Origin: an uncultured SAR86 cluster bacterium
GTDB lineage: Bacteria; Pseudomonadota; Gammaproteobacteria; Magnimaribacterales; Magnimaribacteraceae
Assembly (NCBI GenBank): GCA_902532675.1
Contig: CACAIY010000002.1
Span: 38,774-102,773 of the forward strand
Direction of reading: 5' to 3'
DNA length: 64,000 bases
Shown here one piece after another: positions 16,018 through 24,693 of this stretch. The notes below the pieces were generated by a model. It made no database searches. It was not told where the DNA came from and was given only the letters and a program-made list of their open reading frames with translations. Made by a program: the position numbers and the translations under genes. Every line of letters starts with the position of its first letter. Position 1 is the first letter of the stretch.

Positions 16018-18834
16018 ATGGCCAGTAAAAATACAAACCTATCAGGTGTTCGCCTTTACGGTAGATTGCTTTCATATGTACTGCCTTATATACCTTTATT
16101 TATTGTAAGCATTATAGGTTTTGCTATTTACTCAGGTTCGCAAGTTGCTGCAACTGAATGGCTTAAAAGAGTTATTGATTACGTTAATGACCCTGTTGGC
16201 GACATGAGAGTTATTCTACCTATAGCTTTAATTGCTATAGCTTTAGTAAGGGGAATAGGTTTTTTTGTAGGAAATTATCTACTTTCTTCTATATCAAATA
16301 GACTTGTTCATAACATTAGGACTGAACTATTTAATAAACTTACTGTTCTTCCAAGTTCTTATTACGACCAACACAGCTCTGGCCATTTAATCTCAAGAAT
16401 AACTTTTAACGTTATGCAGGTAACTGGGGCTGCTACAAATGCGCTAAAAATATTTATACGCGAAGGTCTGCTAGTAATAGGTTTAATTACTTATTTAATG
16501 TTTCTTAATTGGAAATTGGCAATGTTTCTTTTTATAGCTGCTCCTTTCATTGCAATTATTGTTGGAGTGGCTGCACGAAGACTTAGAAAGATTAGTGGAA
16601 GAATTCAAACAGCCATGGGAGATGTTACGCATGTAGCTTCAGAAACTATAACTGGACACGAAGAAGTTAAGTCTTTTGGAGGAGAAGAATATGAAATCAG
16701 TAGATTTAATGATGCAAGTGACAACAATAGAAAGCAGAATTTAAAACTAGAAGCTACTAATTCAATTGCCTCACCTTTAGTGCAACTTTTCGTGTCTGCA
16801 GCTTTAGCGCTAATAACCTGGTTAGCGCTTGATGCTTCTATAGTCTCTAATATGACTCCAGGGACTTTTATTGCCTTTTTTAGCGCAGCAGGGATGTTGG
16901 CAAAACCAGTAAGGCAATTATCGGAAATAAACAGTCAAATACAAAAAGGATTGGCGGCAGCTGAAGATATATTTAGTCAGTTGGATGAAACACCTGAAAG
17001 AAATGAAGGAACATATACTTCGGATGACATTAAAGGAGAGATAGTTTTTTCAAATCTTAATTTCTCATATGAAGGAGAAGGAGGGGGGAATACGCTCGAA
17101 GATATTAATTTAATAATTAATCAAGGTGAAACCGTAGCTTTCGTAGGAAAATCCGGAGCTGGTAAAACAACATTAATGAGCTTGCTACCAAGATTTTACG
17201 ATGGATACGAAGGAGACATAAAGGTAGACGGCATATCTATAAGCGAATATGAAATAACTAATTTAAGATCGCACATAGCCTTGGTAAGTCAAAACGTGAC
17301 ATTATTTAATGACACTATTGCCAACAATATAAATTATGGATCTTCTAATGTAGATTTGGATCAAATAAAAGATGCAGCAAAAAAAGCTAATGCTGACTCT
17401 TTCATAGAATTAATGGCTGATGGGTACGATACGCAAGCAGGTGATGATGGTGTTTTACTGTCAGGAGGTCAGCGTCAGAGGATAGCTATAGCAAGAGCCA
17501 TATTGAAAGATGCGTCTATCCTTATACTTGACGAGGCTACTTCGGCTTTAGATTCAGAATCAGAAAATTATATTCAAGATGCGCTAGTTGAATTATCTAA
17601 AAATAAGACCACTTTAGTTATAGCTCACCGTCTTTCAACAATTGAATCTGCAGATAAGATTGTTGTGTTGGATCATGGGAAGATTGTGGAAATAGGTGAC
17701 CACGCATCACTTATACAAAAGGACAGCCATTATGCCGAGTTACATAGAAATCAATTTAAAGACGACCCTCAGGTACCAACCAAAGCAGATGAAGTCAGAG
17801 ACTTAATTATTTCTGAAGAGTCTGAAATAGACCAAGTTAGTTTTATTGAAGAAAGTTGGTATAAGAAAAGACTTTGGTTGTGGGCCCTATGGCCAATCTC
17901 TAGATTGATTAAATCCTTAGTTACAAGAAGAAGAAATAAATTTTTACTTAATTCAGAACTTTCGTGGAAGCCTGACATTCCTGTAATAATTGTTGGAAAT
18001 ATTATCGTAGGAGGTTCTGGAAAAACACCTTTTGTTATTTGGCTTTCTAAAGTTCTTGAAGAGCAAGGATATAGTCCTGGAATAGTAAGTAGAGGTTATG
18101 GTAGTAAATCAAATCAATATCCTTTAATTATTAACGATGATTCTAGAGTAGAGGATTCAGGCGATGAGCCACTTATAATTCATAGAAATACAAACAGGCC
18201 AGTTTGTATTTCTCCTAACAGAACTCAGGCCGTTAAGAAGTTATTGGAAGAAACTGATGCAGATATAATTATAAGTGATGATGGATTACAACATTACAAG
18301 CTAGGTAGGGATATAGAAATAATAGTATTTGATGGCCTAAGAGGAATAGGGAATAGTCTCTGCTTACCAGCCGGTCCATTAAGGGAACCAATAGAACGCT
18401 CTAAAGACGCTGATTTTATTGTTAGCTCAACAAAAAGATTAAATGTTGAAGAGATTCACGAAGATTGTTTAATGACTTACAAGCCTTTGGAATGGGTAAG
18501 GTTAAGTGACAACAGAAGGTTTCCAGCAAAGGACTGGCCATTATCAAGAAATGTGCATGCTGTTGCAGGTATAGGAAATCCTTCAAAGTTTTACAATACT
18601 TTGACTGCTTTAGGCCTTAACCTTGTAGAGCACAGTTTCCCAGATCACTATCAATTTAAAGAAGAAGATTTAAATTTTGAAGATAATCATCCAATATTAA
18701 TGACAGAAAAGGACGCTGTAAGATGTATGGATATGAAGAATAAAAATCTTTGGTATTTATCAATTGAAGCAGAAATTAAGGATGATATTTTTAAAACAGA
18801 ATTACTTGCCAAACTTAAAGAAATTGGAGATTAG
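16018..18834 (+). CDS. msbA/lpxK: fusion protein: lipid A/LPS flippase MsbA (aa 1-580) + tetraacyldisaccharide 4'-kinase LpxK (aa ~610-938)
   Basis: The N-terminal half has a 6-TM ABC exporter domain plus an NBD (GKSGAGKTT, LSGGQRQR, ILILDEATSALD), ending ...YAELHRNQF like E. coli MsbA. A 29-aa linker occupies 17758-17844. Then come the LpxK N-terminal helix and P-loop (VIIVGNIIVGGSGKTP ... SRGYG), all in one uninterrupted frame. Confidence 0.9.
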   Translation: MASKNTNLSGVRLYGRLLSYVLPYIPLFIVSIIGFAIYSGSQVAATEWLKRVIDYVNDPVGDMRVILPIALIAIALVRGIGFFVGNYLLSSISNRLVHNIRTELFNKLTVLPSSYYDQHSSGHLISRITFNVMQVTGAATNALKIFIREGLLVIGLITYLMFLNWKLAMFLFIAAPFIAIIVGVAARRLRKISGRIQTAMGDVTHVASETITGHEEVKSFGGEEYEISRFNDASDNNRKQNLKLEATNSIASPLVQLFVSAALALITWLALDASIVSNMTPGTFIAFFSAAGMLAKPVRQLSEINSQIQKGLAAAEDIFSQLDETPERNEGTYTSDDIKGEIVFSNLNFSYEGEGGGNTLEDINLIINQGETVAFVGKSGAGKTTLMSLLPRFYDGYEGDIKVDGISISEYEITNLRSHIALVSQNVTLFNDTIANNINYGSSNVDLDQIKDAAKKANADSFIELMADGYDTQAGDDGVLLSGGQRQRIAIARAILKDASILILDEATSALDSESENYIQDALVELSKNKTTLVIAHRLSTIESADKIVVLDHGKIVEIGDHASLIQKDSHYAELHRNQFKDDPQVPTKADEVRDLIISEESEIDQVSFIEESWYKKRLWLWALWPISRLIKSLVTRRRNKFLLNSELSWKPDIPVIIVGNIIVGGSGKTPFVIWLSKVLEEQGYSPGIVSRGYGSKSNQYPLIINDDSRVEDSGDEPLIIHRNTNRPVCISPNRTQAVKKLLEETDADIIISDDGLQHYKLGRDIEIIVFDGLRGIGNSLCLPAGPLREPIERSKDADFIVSSTKRLNVEEIHEDCLMTYKPLEWVRLSDNRRFPAKDWPLSRNVHAVAGIGNPSKFYNTLTALGLNLVEHSFPDHYQFKEEDLNFEDNHPILMTEKDAVRCMDMKNKNLWYLSIEAEIKDDIFKTELLAKLKEIGD

Positions 18835-19002
18835 ATGACCGAATTAGATAAGAAGTTGTTGGATATATTAGTTTGCCCTGTATCCAAAGAGCCATTAGAG
18901 CAAGTTGGAGATGAATTAATTTGTAAAAAAAGTAAATTAGCCTATCCAATTAAAGACGGAATACCTGTAATGCTTCCTGATGAAGCTCGTAAATTAGATT
19001 AA
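18835..19002 (+). CDS. ycaR: Trm112/YcaR family small protein (UPF0434)
   Basis: Not in the ORF track (55 aa). [55 protein letters not shown] matches the YcaR pattern LL.I..CP...L....L.C..LAYPI.DGIPV.L..EAR. It fills the gap between lpxK and kdsB exactly, as in E. coli. Confidence 0.8.
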   Translation: MTELDKKLLDILVCPVSKEPLEQVGDELICKKSKLAYPIKDGIPVMLPDEARKLD

Positions 19003-19725
19003 ATGCAGGATTTTATCGTTTTAATACCATCTAGAATGGAATCTACTCGATTACCAGGAAAACCGTTAAAACAAATAGGTAATAAAACATTAATACAGAG
19101 AGTTTATGAACAAGCCCTTCAAAGCAATGCCAAGGAAGTTTTAGTTGCTACGGATTCTGAAGAGATTATTTCTCACTGTTCCAATAATAGTATCGATACT
19201 GTTTTAACCAAACGAGATCATTTAACAGGATCAGACAGACTTGCTGAAGCAGTAAATAATCTTGATTTAGAAGGGGATCAGATTGTTGTTAATGTGCAGG
19301 GAGATGAGCCTTTTGTAGATCCCGAAGATATCAATAATTTGTTCGATTTAATGGTGCAAAAATCTTCAAACATGGCAACTTTATTCGCTAATTTAGATGC
19401 CAAAGACATTACAAATACAAGTGTTGTTAAGTTATGGATTAAAGAAGATGGAAGTGTAGTTAATTTCTCTAGAAAGATAGATGATAAGTATGATATTGAT
19501 GAAGCCAAAATGCATCTTGGTATTTATGCTTATAGAGCCAGTTTTCTAAAGCAGTTTGTGAAATGGCCACAAAGTGAAAGAGAGCTAGATATGCAACTTG
19601 AACAAATGAGAGCTATGGATAATAAAGAAGTTATATACGGAATAGAATCTATAAGTAATATTCATTTAGGAGTAGACACTGAAGAAGAATTAGAATTAGC
19701 AAGAGAACTAGCCAGTTCTTTATAA
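19003..19725 (+). CDS. kdsB: 3-deoxy-manno-octulosonate cytidylyltransferase (CMP-Kdo synthetase)
   Basis: 240 aa. IPSRMESTRLPGKPL N-terminus, VNVQGDEP motif, synteny after lpxK-ycaR. Confidence 0.93.
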   Translation: MQDFIVLIPSRMESTRLPGKPLKQIGNKTLIQRVYEQALQSNAKEVLVATDSEEIISHCSNNSIDTVLTKRDHLTGSDRLAEAVNNLDLEGDQIVVNVQGDEPFVDPEDINNLFDLMVQKSSNMATLFANLDAKDITNTSVVKLWIKEDGSVVNFSRKIDDKYDIDEAKMHLGIYAYRASFLKQFVKWPQSERELDMQLEQMRAMDNKEVIYGIESISNIHLGVDTEEELELARELASSL

Positions 19726-19726
19726 A

Positions 19727-20725
19727 ATGAAAATTGAAGAAAACTATTCTATAAAAGATATTAATTCTTTAAGAATTAATCAACTAGCAAAATATTTCTG
19801 TTCTATTGAAACAGTAGAGCAATTTCTAGAAGCGATAGAATTTTCTAAGCTAAAGAACCTTCCTATACTTTTTATTGGAGAAGGGTCAAATATTGTTTTC
19901 ACTAAAGATTATGACGGATTGGTGATCAAAAATAATATCTTTGGAAAGATTGAACATGATAAAAGGATAGTAGAAATTTCTTCCGGTGAAAACTGGCATA
20001 AATTTGTTGACTGGAGTATATCTAATAGAAGGTACGGCCTTGAAAACCTAGCTCTTATACCTGGAACTGTGGGTGCCTCGCCTATACAGAACATTGGAGC
20101 ATATGGAAAAGAGGTTTCTGCGTTTATTAAAGAGGTTAAATCAATCAATACACTTACGGCAGAAGAAAGAATATTTTGTAAAGAGGAATGCAATTTTGGT
20201 TATAGATCCAGCGTATTCCAGAATAAGAAAGAATATTTTATTACTTCAGTAGTTTTTGAGACTCATCCAGAGCCTTGCGTAGATATTTCTTATGATTCAT
20301 TACAGGAATTTTTTAGATCTAATCCTAAGGATATAGAAAAATTAACGCCTAAAGATGTATTTGACGGCGTGTCATCTCTAAGAAAGATTATTTTACCAGA
20401 TCATAATATAGAATTTAATGTTGGCAGTTTTTTTAAAAACTTGATCCTGGAAGAGGGTGATTTTAGAAATCTAACTAAGATAATTAATGTACCTTATTAT
20501 GAGGCTAATTCTAAATATAAAATACCTTCAGGCTATTTGATAGAAGAAGCTGGATGGAAAGGAAATGGAATGAAGAACGTAAAGGTATCAGAGAAACATG
20601 CTTTAGTCTTAACAACAAATGGCAATCTAGATGGAAATGAAATAGTTAGATTTGCTGATTCTATTATCGATGATATTTATGACAAATTTAAAGTTAAATT
20701 AGAAATAGAACCTACATTAATTTAA
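19727..20725 (+). CDS. murB: UDP-N-acetylenolpyruvoylglucosamine reductase
   Basis: 332 aa. FAD-binding GEGSNIVF, LENLALIPGTVGASPIQNIGAYG, C-terminal SAGWLIE-like (SGYLIEEAGWKG). Confidence 0.9.
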   Translation: MKIEENYSIKDINSLRINQLAKYFCSIETVEQFLEAIEFSKLKNLPILFIGEGSNIVFTKDYDGLVIKNNIFGKIEHDKRIVEISSGENWHKFVDWSISNRRYGLENLALIPGTVGASPIQNIGAYGKEVSAFIKEVKSINTLTAEERIFCKEECNFGYRSSVFQNKKEYFITSVVFETHPEPCVDISYDSLQEFFRSNPKDIEKLTPKDVFDGVSSLRKIILPDHNIEFNVGSFFKNLILEEGDFRNLTKIINVPYYEANSKYKIPSGYLIEEAGWKGNGMKNVKVSEKHALVLTTNGNLDGNEIVRFADSIIDDIYDKFKVKLEIEPTLI

Positions 20726-20729
20726 TTAA

Positions 20730-21344
20730 ATGGTGGAGTTTTTTACTGTAGCAATTTTGCATTTATTTGCGGTAGCAAGCCCAGGTCCTGATTTCGCATT
20801 AGTAACAAGACAAAGCTTAAGATATAACCGAAAAGTTGCAATCTGGACCAGCTTAGGAATAGGAGTAGGAATACTATTTCATTCTCTTCTAGCAATAACA
20901 GGTTTAGTTTTATTGATAACATCCAATGAACTCTTTTCAACAATCCTCAAAATCATAGGGTCGCTTTATTTATTGTATTTGGGAGTTAGATCAATTCTAG
21001 GTAGACAGGAAGAAGATAATATTGAGGTAGAAAATAAGAACATAGATAAATTTAATGGTTTTCTAGCTGGTTTAATTACAAATGTAACGAATATTAAAGC
21101 CATCTTATTTTTTGTAACTGTGTTTAGCGTTGTTGTAGGAGGAGAAAATAATCTATACCTAGTCTTATATGGAGCCTATATGGCATTTGCTACATTCATT
21201 TGGTTTTCATTTATTTCTTACGTATTTACTAGTAAAGGTTTTCAAAGTAAATTTTCTTCATTCTTAGGATTATTTGAAAAAATTATAGGTTTTGTCTTAA
21301 TTCTTTTATCCTTACAGATTCTTATTTATCAAATATTTATATAA
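20730..21344 (+). CDS. LysE/RhtB family amino-acid exporter
   Basis: 204 aa, 5-6 TM. N-terminal SPGPDFALV motif typical of LysE translocators. Confidence 0.85.
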   Translation: MVEFFTVAILHLFAVASPGPDFALVTRQSLRYNRKVAIWTSLGIGVGILFHSLLAITGLVLLITSNELFSTILKIIGSLYLLYLGVRSILGRQEEDNIEVENKNIDKFNGFLAGLITNVTNIKAILFFVTVFSVVVGGENNLYLVLYGAYMAFATFIWFSFISYVFTSKGFQSKFSSFLGLFEKIIGFVLILLSLQILIYQIFI

Positions 21345-21890
21345 ATGAATAAACCATCAATCTCATCAATATTTTCAGAACTGTCAAAGCTAGACGAAGA
21401 TACATTTCCACCCGTTGAGAAGTGGGACCCACCATTATGCGAGAACGTAGAAATGCGAATTGATAGATCTGGGAGATGGTTTTTTATGAATTCTCCAATT
21501 GGAAGAGAGAGAATGGTTAATTTATTTAGTAGAGTGCTGCGATTAGATTCTGATGGTTTTTATTATCTAGTTACTCCTGTAGAAAAAATTAGGATTATTG
21601 TAGAAGATAAACCATTCGTAATTATTGATTTTGAGATTCTAGGTTCCGGTGAACAACAAATAATAAATTTTAAAACAAATACCCATGAGACCTTTTCATT
21701 AAATTTAGATCATCCACTAAGAGTTGAAGTAAACAAGGAAACTTTAGAGCCTTCACCTTACGTATTAGTAAGAAAAAACTTAGAAGCTTTAATATCTAGA
21801 AACGTTTATTACAAATTAATTGATTTAGGAGAAGAGAAGGGAGAAGATTTTGGGCTTGTAAGCCAAGAATCTTTCTTTAAATTATATTAG
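21345..21890 (+). CDS. DUF1285 domain-containing protein
   Basis: 181 aa. Pattern W.PP.C...EMRIDRSGRWF...SPI.RERMVNLFSRVL..D.DG.YYLVTPVE matches my recollection of DUF1285. Starts immediately after the LysE stop. Confidence 0.55.
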   Translation: MNKPSISSIFSELSKLDEDTFPPVEKWDPPLCENVEMRIDRSGRWFFMNSPIGRERMVNLFSRVLRLDSDGFYYLVTPVEKIRIIVEDKPFVIIDFEILGSGEQQIINFKTNTHETFSLNLDHPLRVEVNKETLEPSPYVLVRKNLEALISRNVYYKLIDLGEEKGEDFGLVSQESFFKLY

Positions 21891-21894
21891 GGAC

Positions 21895-22110
21895 ATAAAA
21901 AAACAGAGCCTTAGCTCTGTTTAGTTCGAGTTCGAAAGTGTCTAGATTTGAGTTTTTTTCTCTAGCTCCTTGATCAATTTCTCTTTTGATCTTGGTGGTC
22001 TAATAAATCTTTTGGTACCTTTCTTTATTAGAGCTTTCACCTTCCGTTCTCTAACTTTCTTATCTCTTCCTTCTCCCGTCTCGAGTTGTTTCCAGATCGG
22101 ATAATTAAGT
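21895..22110 (-). ncRNA. candidate purine-rich small RNA or small basic-protein transcript (element B), paralogous to 8058-8221(+)
   Basis: Bounded by the promoter at 22117-22144 and the terminator at 21897-21922. Five GGA triplets. Hairpins CTAATAAA-16-TTTATTAG and GATCAA-8-TTGATC. No ATG anywhere in the transcript. Ends are inferred. Confidence 0.35.
21897..21922. terminator. intrinsic terminator hairpin, strongest on the minus strand (usable on both strands)
   Basis: AAACAGAGC-cTTA-GCTCTGTTT. On the minus strand the stem is followed by a 7-T run. On the plus strand it lies 10 nt after the DUF1285 stop, but only a short T run follows. Confidence 0.7.
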
Positions 22111-22116
22111 AAGGTA

Positions 22117-22176
22117 ATAATACTCTTTTTTAATAATCGGTCAACACTTTTTTTAACTTTTTTTTAACTTTTTTTT
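22117..22176 (-). promoter_or_regulatory. strong sigma70-like promoter with a phased A-tract (UP-element-like) array
   Basis: Minus strand: A8-GTT-A8-GTT-A7 (22148-22176, tract starts 10-11 bp apart), then TTGACC (22139-22144), a 16-nt spacer and TATTAT (22117-22122). Confidence 0.45.
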
Positions 22177-22210
22177 ACTTAATTTTATATAATATAAGTT
22201 ATTGATTTTA

Positions 22211-23860
22211 TTACATATTTGGGTAGTTAGGTCCTCCAGCTCCCTCAGGGGTTACCCAATTAATATTTTGAGAGGGATCTTTTATGTCACAAGTCTTACA
22301 GTGAACACAATTTTGTGCATTGATTTGGAAGATTTTATCACCATCTTTTTCAACTATTTCATATACTCCAGCAGGACAGTATCTTTGAGCAGGCTCATCA
22401 TATTTAGGTAAATTAATATCTATTGGTATAGAAGCATCTTTTAAAACTAGATGACAAGGTTGATCTTCTTCATGGTTAGTATTCGATAAAAAGACTGAAG
22501 AGAGTTTATCAAAACTAATTACTCCATCAGGTTTAGGGTAATCTATTTTTGGCAGTTCATTGGCTTCTTTTAAACAATCATGATCTGGTTGATCGTGATG
22601 AAGTGTAAAAGGTAATTTACCTCTAAATATGAGTTGATCCATGCCGGCCAAAGCTACTCCTAACAAAGTTCCGAACTTATGAATAAATGGTAAAAAATTT
22701 CTAGCCTTATGAAGTTCCTTTTCTAGCCAAGAAGATTGTAAGTTTGATTGAAAGTTTGCAATATCTTTATTTGACTCTTCTTTAATTATTTCTTCGTAAA
22801 TACTTTCTGCTCCTATCATTCCTGATTTCATTGCAGTATGAGTTCCTTTAATTCTAGGAAAATTCATAGTTCCAGCATCATCTCCTACAAGCAACCCTCC
22901 GGGGAAATGCATCTTAGGAATTGATTGGTAACCACCTTTGATTAGAGCTCTGGCACCGTAAGCAGTTCTTGTTCCTCCTTCTAAATATTTTTTTATCGAA
23001 GCTTGATGTTTCCATTGTTGAAATTCATCAAAAGGGCTAATGTGCGGGTTGTCGTAATCTAAAGGTACTATATAACCCAAGAATGCTTGATTATTTTCAC
23101 CATGGTAGAAATACGAACCGGATAGAACTCCTTTTGCTGCAGGCCATCCCATTGTGTGTATTACAAGACCTTCCTCGTGTAATTCAGGGTTTATATCCCA
23201 AACTTCTTTAAAGCCTATGCCATAGTGTTGAGGATCGCTATCTTTATCGAGATTAAATTGTTTTATTACTTGTTTTCCTAAATGTCCTCTACAACCTTCC
23301 GATAAGACTGTATATTTTGCTAAAAGGTCTATACCTGGTTCAAAGCTAGGTTTCTTTTCACCAGAAGCATCAAGCCCCATGTCTCCTGTCGAGACTCCAA
23401 TTACAGTTTCATTATCGTAAATAAGTTTAGATGCTGTAAAACCAGGGAAAATATCTATTTCTAATCCTTCAGCGTATTCACCTAACCATCTACAAAAATT
23501 ACCTAGACTCATGATGTAATTACCATGATTTTTAAATGTTGTTGCAAATAATGTAGGTATTGAAAATGCACTAGAATCATTAAGCAAATAACGTACTGAA
23601 TCTTTTTTTACAGGAGTGTTGAGTGGAGCTTCTAATTCTTTCCAATCAGGTATTAGTTCATTAAGAGCTTTTGGATCAAAAACATTACCTGAAAGGATGT
23701 GAGCTCCAATTTCAGAACCTTTTTCAACCACGCAAATAGAAATTTCTTTAGAATTTTTATCACATAACTGTTTTAACTTTATTGCGGTAGATAGTCCTGC
23801 CGGACCAGCGCCAACAATAACTACGTCATACTCCATTGATTCTCTTTCGGTGTTTTCCAT
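22211..23860 (-). CDS. electron-transfer flavoprotein:ubiquinone oxidoreductase (ETF-QO)
   Basis: 549 aa. FAD motif VVIVGAGPAGLS. C-terminal 4Fe-4S ferredoxin-like region (CPAGVYE ... NCVHCKTCDIKDP). Divergent from etfBA. Confidence 0.95.
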   Translation of the reverse strand: MENTERESMEYDVVIVGAGPAGLSTAIKLKQLCDKNSKEISICVVEKGSEIGAHILSGNVFDPKALNELIPDWKELEAPLNTPVKKDSVRYLLNDSSAFSIPTLFATTFKNHGNYIMSLGNFCRWLGEYAEGLEIDIFPGFTASKLIYDNETVIGVSTGDMGLDASGEKKPSFEPGIDLLAKYTVLSEGCRGHLGKQVIKQFNLDKDSDPQHYGIGFKEVWDINPELHEEGLVIHTMGWPAAKGVLSGSYFYHGENNQAFLGYIVPLDYDNPHISPFDEFQQWKHQASIKKYLEGGTRTAYGARALIKGGYQSIPKMHFPGGLLVGDDAGTMNFPRIKGTHTAMKSGMIGAESIYEEIIKEESNKDIANFQSNLQSSWLEKELHKARNFLPFIHKFGTLLGVALAGMDQLIFRGKLPFTLHHDQPDHDCLKEANELPKIDYPKPDGVISFDKLSSVFLSNTNHEEDQPCHLVLKDASIPIDINLPKYDEPAQRYCPAGVYEIVEKDGDKIFQINAQNCVHCKTCDIKDPSQNINWVTPEGAGGPNYPNM

Positions 23861-23940
23861 ATTTAAAATATTTATTTGTATTGAGTGGGGCTGCAGTTAT
23901 AGAATACGATCTTTGAATTTTACCATATAAGGAAAATAGT

Positions 23941-24693
23941 ATGAAGATTCTAGTTCCCGTAAAAAGAGTAGTTGATTACAACGTTAAAGTTAGAGCTAAA
24001 TCTGATGAGAGTGGTCCAGATCTAAGCAATGCAAAAATGGCAATTAATCCCTTTTGTGAAATAGCTATAGAAGAAGCAGTAAGGTTAAAGGAAGCTGGCA
24101 AAGCTGAAGAAGTAATAGCGGTATCAGTTGGTGATTCTGCTTCTCAAGAACAATTAAGGACTTGTTTGGCTCTTGGCGCAGATAGAGCAATCCTAGTAGA
24201 AGCTAGTGAAGCGCCAGAACCATTAGGCGTAGCCAAGGCACTCAAAGCTATTGTAGAAAAAGAGAGTCCTGAAATAATAATTCTAGGAAAACAGGCTATA
24301 GATGATGATGCAAACCAAACAGGTCAAATGCTAGCTGCCTTACTTGGCTATGCTCAAGGTACATTTGCATCAGAAGTTGATATTCAAGACGGAAAAGTGG
24401 AAGTTATTAGGGAGATAGATGGAGGTTTGCAAACAGTATCACTAAACCTACCTGCAATCATTACAACTGATCTAAGGTTAAATGAACCCAGATATGCTTC
24501 TTTGCCGAATATTATGAAAGCGAAAAAGAAACCATTGGACACTATTTCTTGTGATGAACTAGGCGTAGATGTGGTGCCTAGAACAGAAACCTTAAGAGTT
24601 AGTCCTCCGCCAGAAAGGGCAGCGGGCATAATAGTAGAAAGTATTGATGAGTTAGTTGATAAATTAAAAAATGAAGCAAAGGTGATTTCATGA
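23941..24693 (+). CDS. etfB: electron transfer flavoprotein beta subunit
   Basis: 250 aa. [19 protein letters not shown]-terminus and the [19 protein letters not shown] motif are characteristic of EtfB. Confidence 0.95.
   Translation: MKILVPVKRVVDYNVKVRAKSDESGPDLSNAKMAINPFCEIAIEEAVRLKEAGKAEEVIAVSVGDSASQEQLRTCLALGADRAILVEASEAPEPLGVAKALKAIVEKESPEIIILGKQAIDDDANQTGQMLAALLGYAQGTFASEVDIQDGKVEVIREIDGGLQTVSLNLPAIITTDLRLNEPRYASLPNIMKAKKKPLDTISCDELGVDVVPRTETLRVSPPPERAAGIIVESIDELVDKLKNEAKVIS

Noticed and set aside
21945-22163. Resemblance of the element-B peptide (TLLNYPIWKQLE) to the ArfA ribosome-rescue factor core (ALLHDPLFRQRVE).
   Set aside because: The match covers only about 10 residues. The diagnostic KGKGSY motif is absent. 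There is no start codon. The stop codon lies upstream of the terminator rather than being removed by it, as it is in arfA. The motif region would also overlap the predicted promoter.
22177-22199. Inverted repeat ACTTA-N13-TAAGT just downstream of the ETF-QO stop and upstream of the element-B promoter, considered as a GacA/UvrY box or an ETF-QO terminator.
   Set aside because: The half-site order is the reverse of TGTAAG-N6-CTTACA and the spacing is wrong. As a hairpin it is 5 AU-rich bp with a 13-nt loop, too weak to call.
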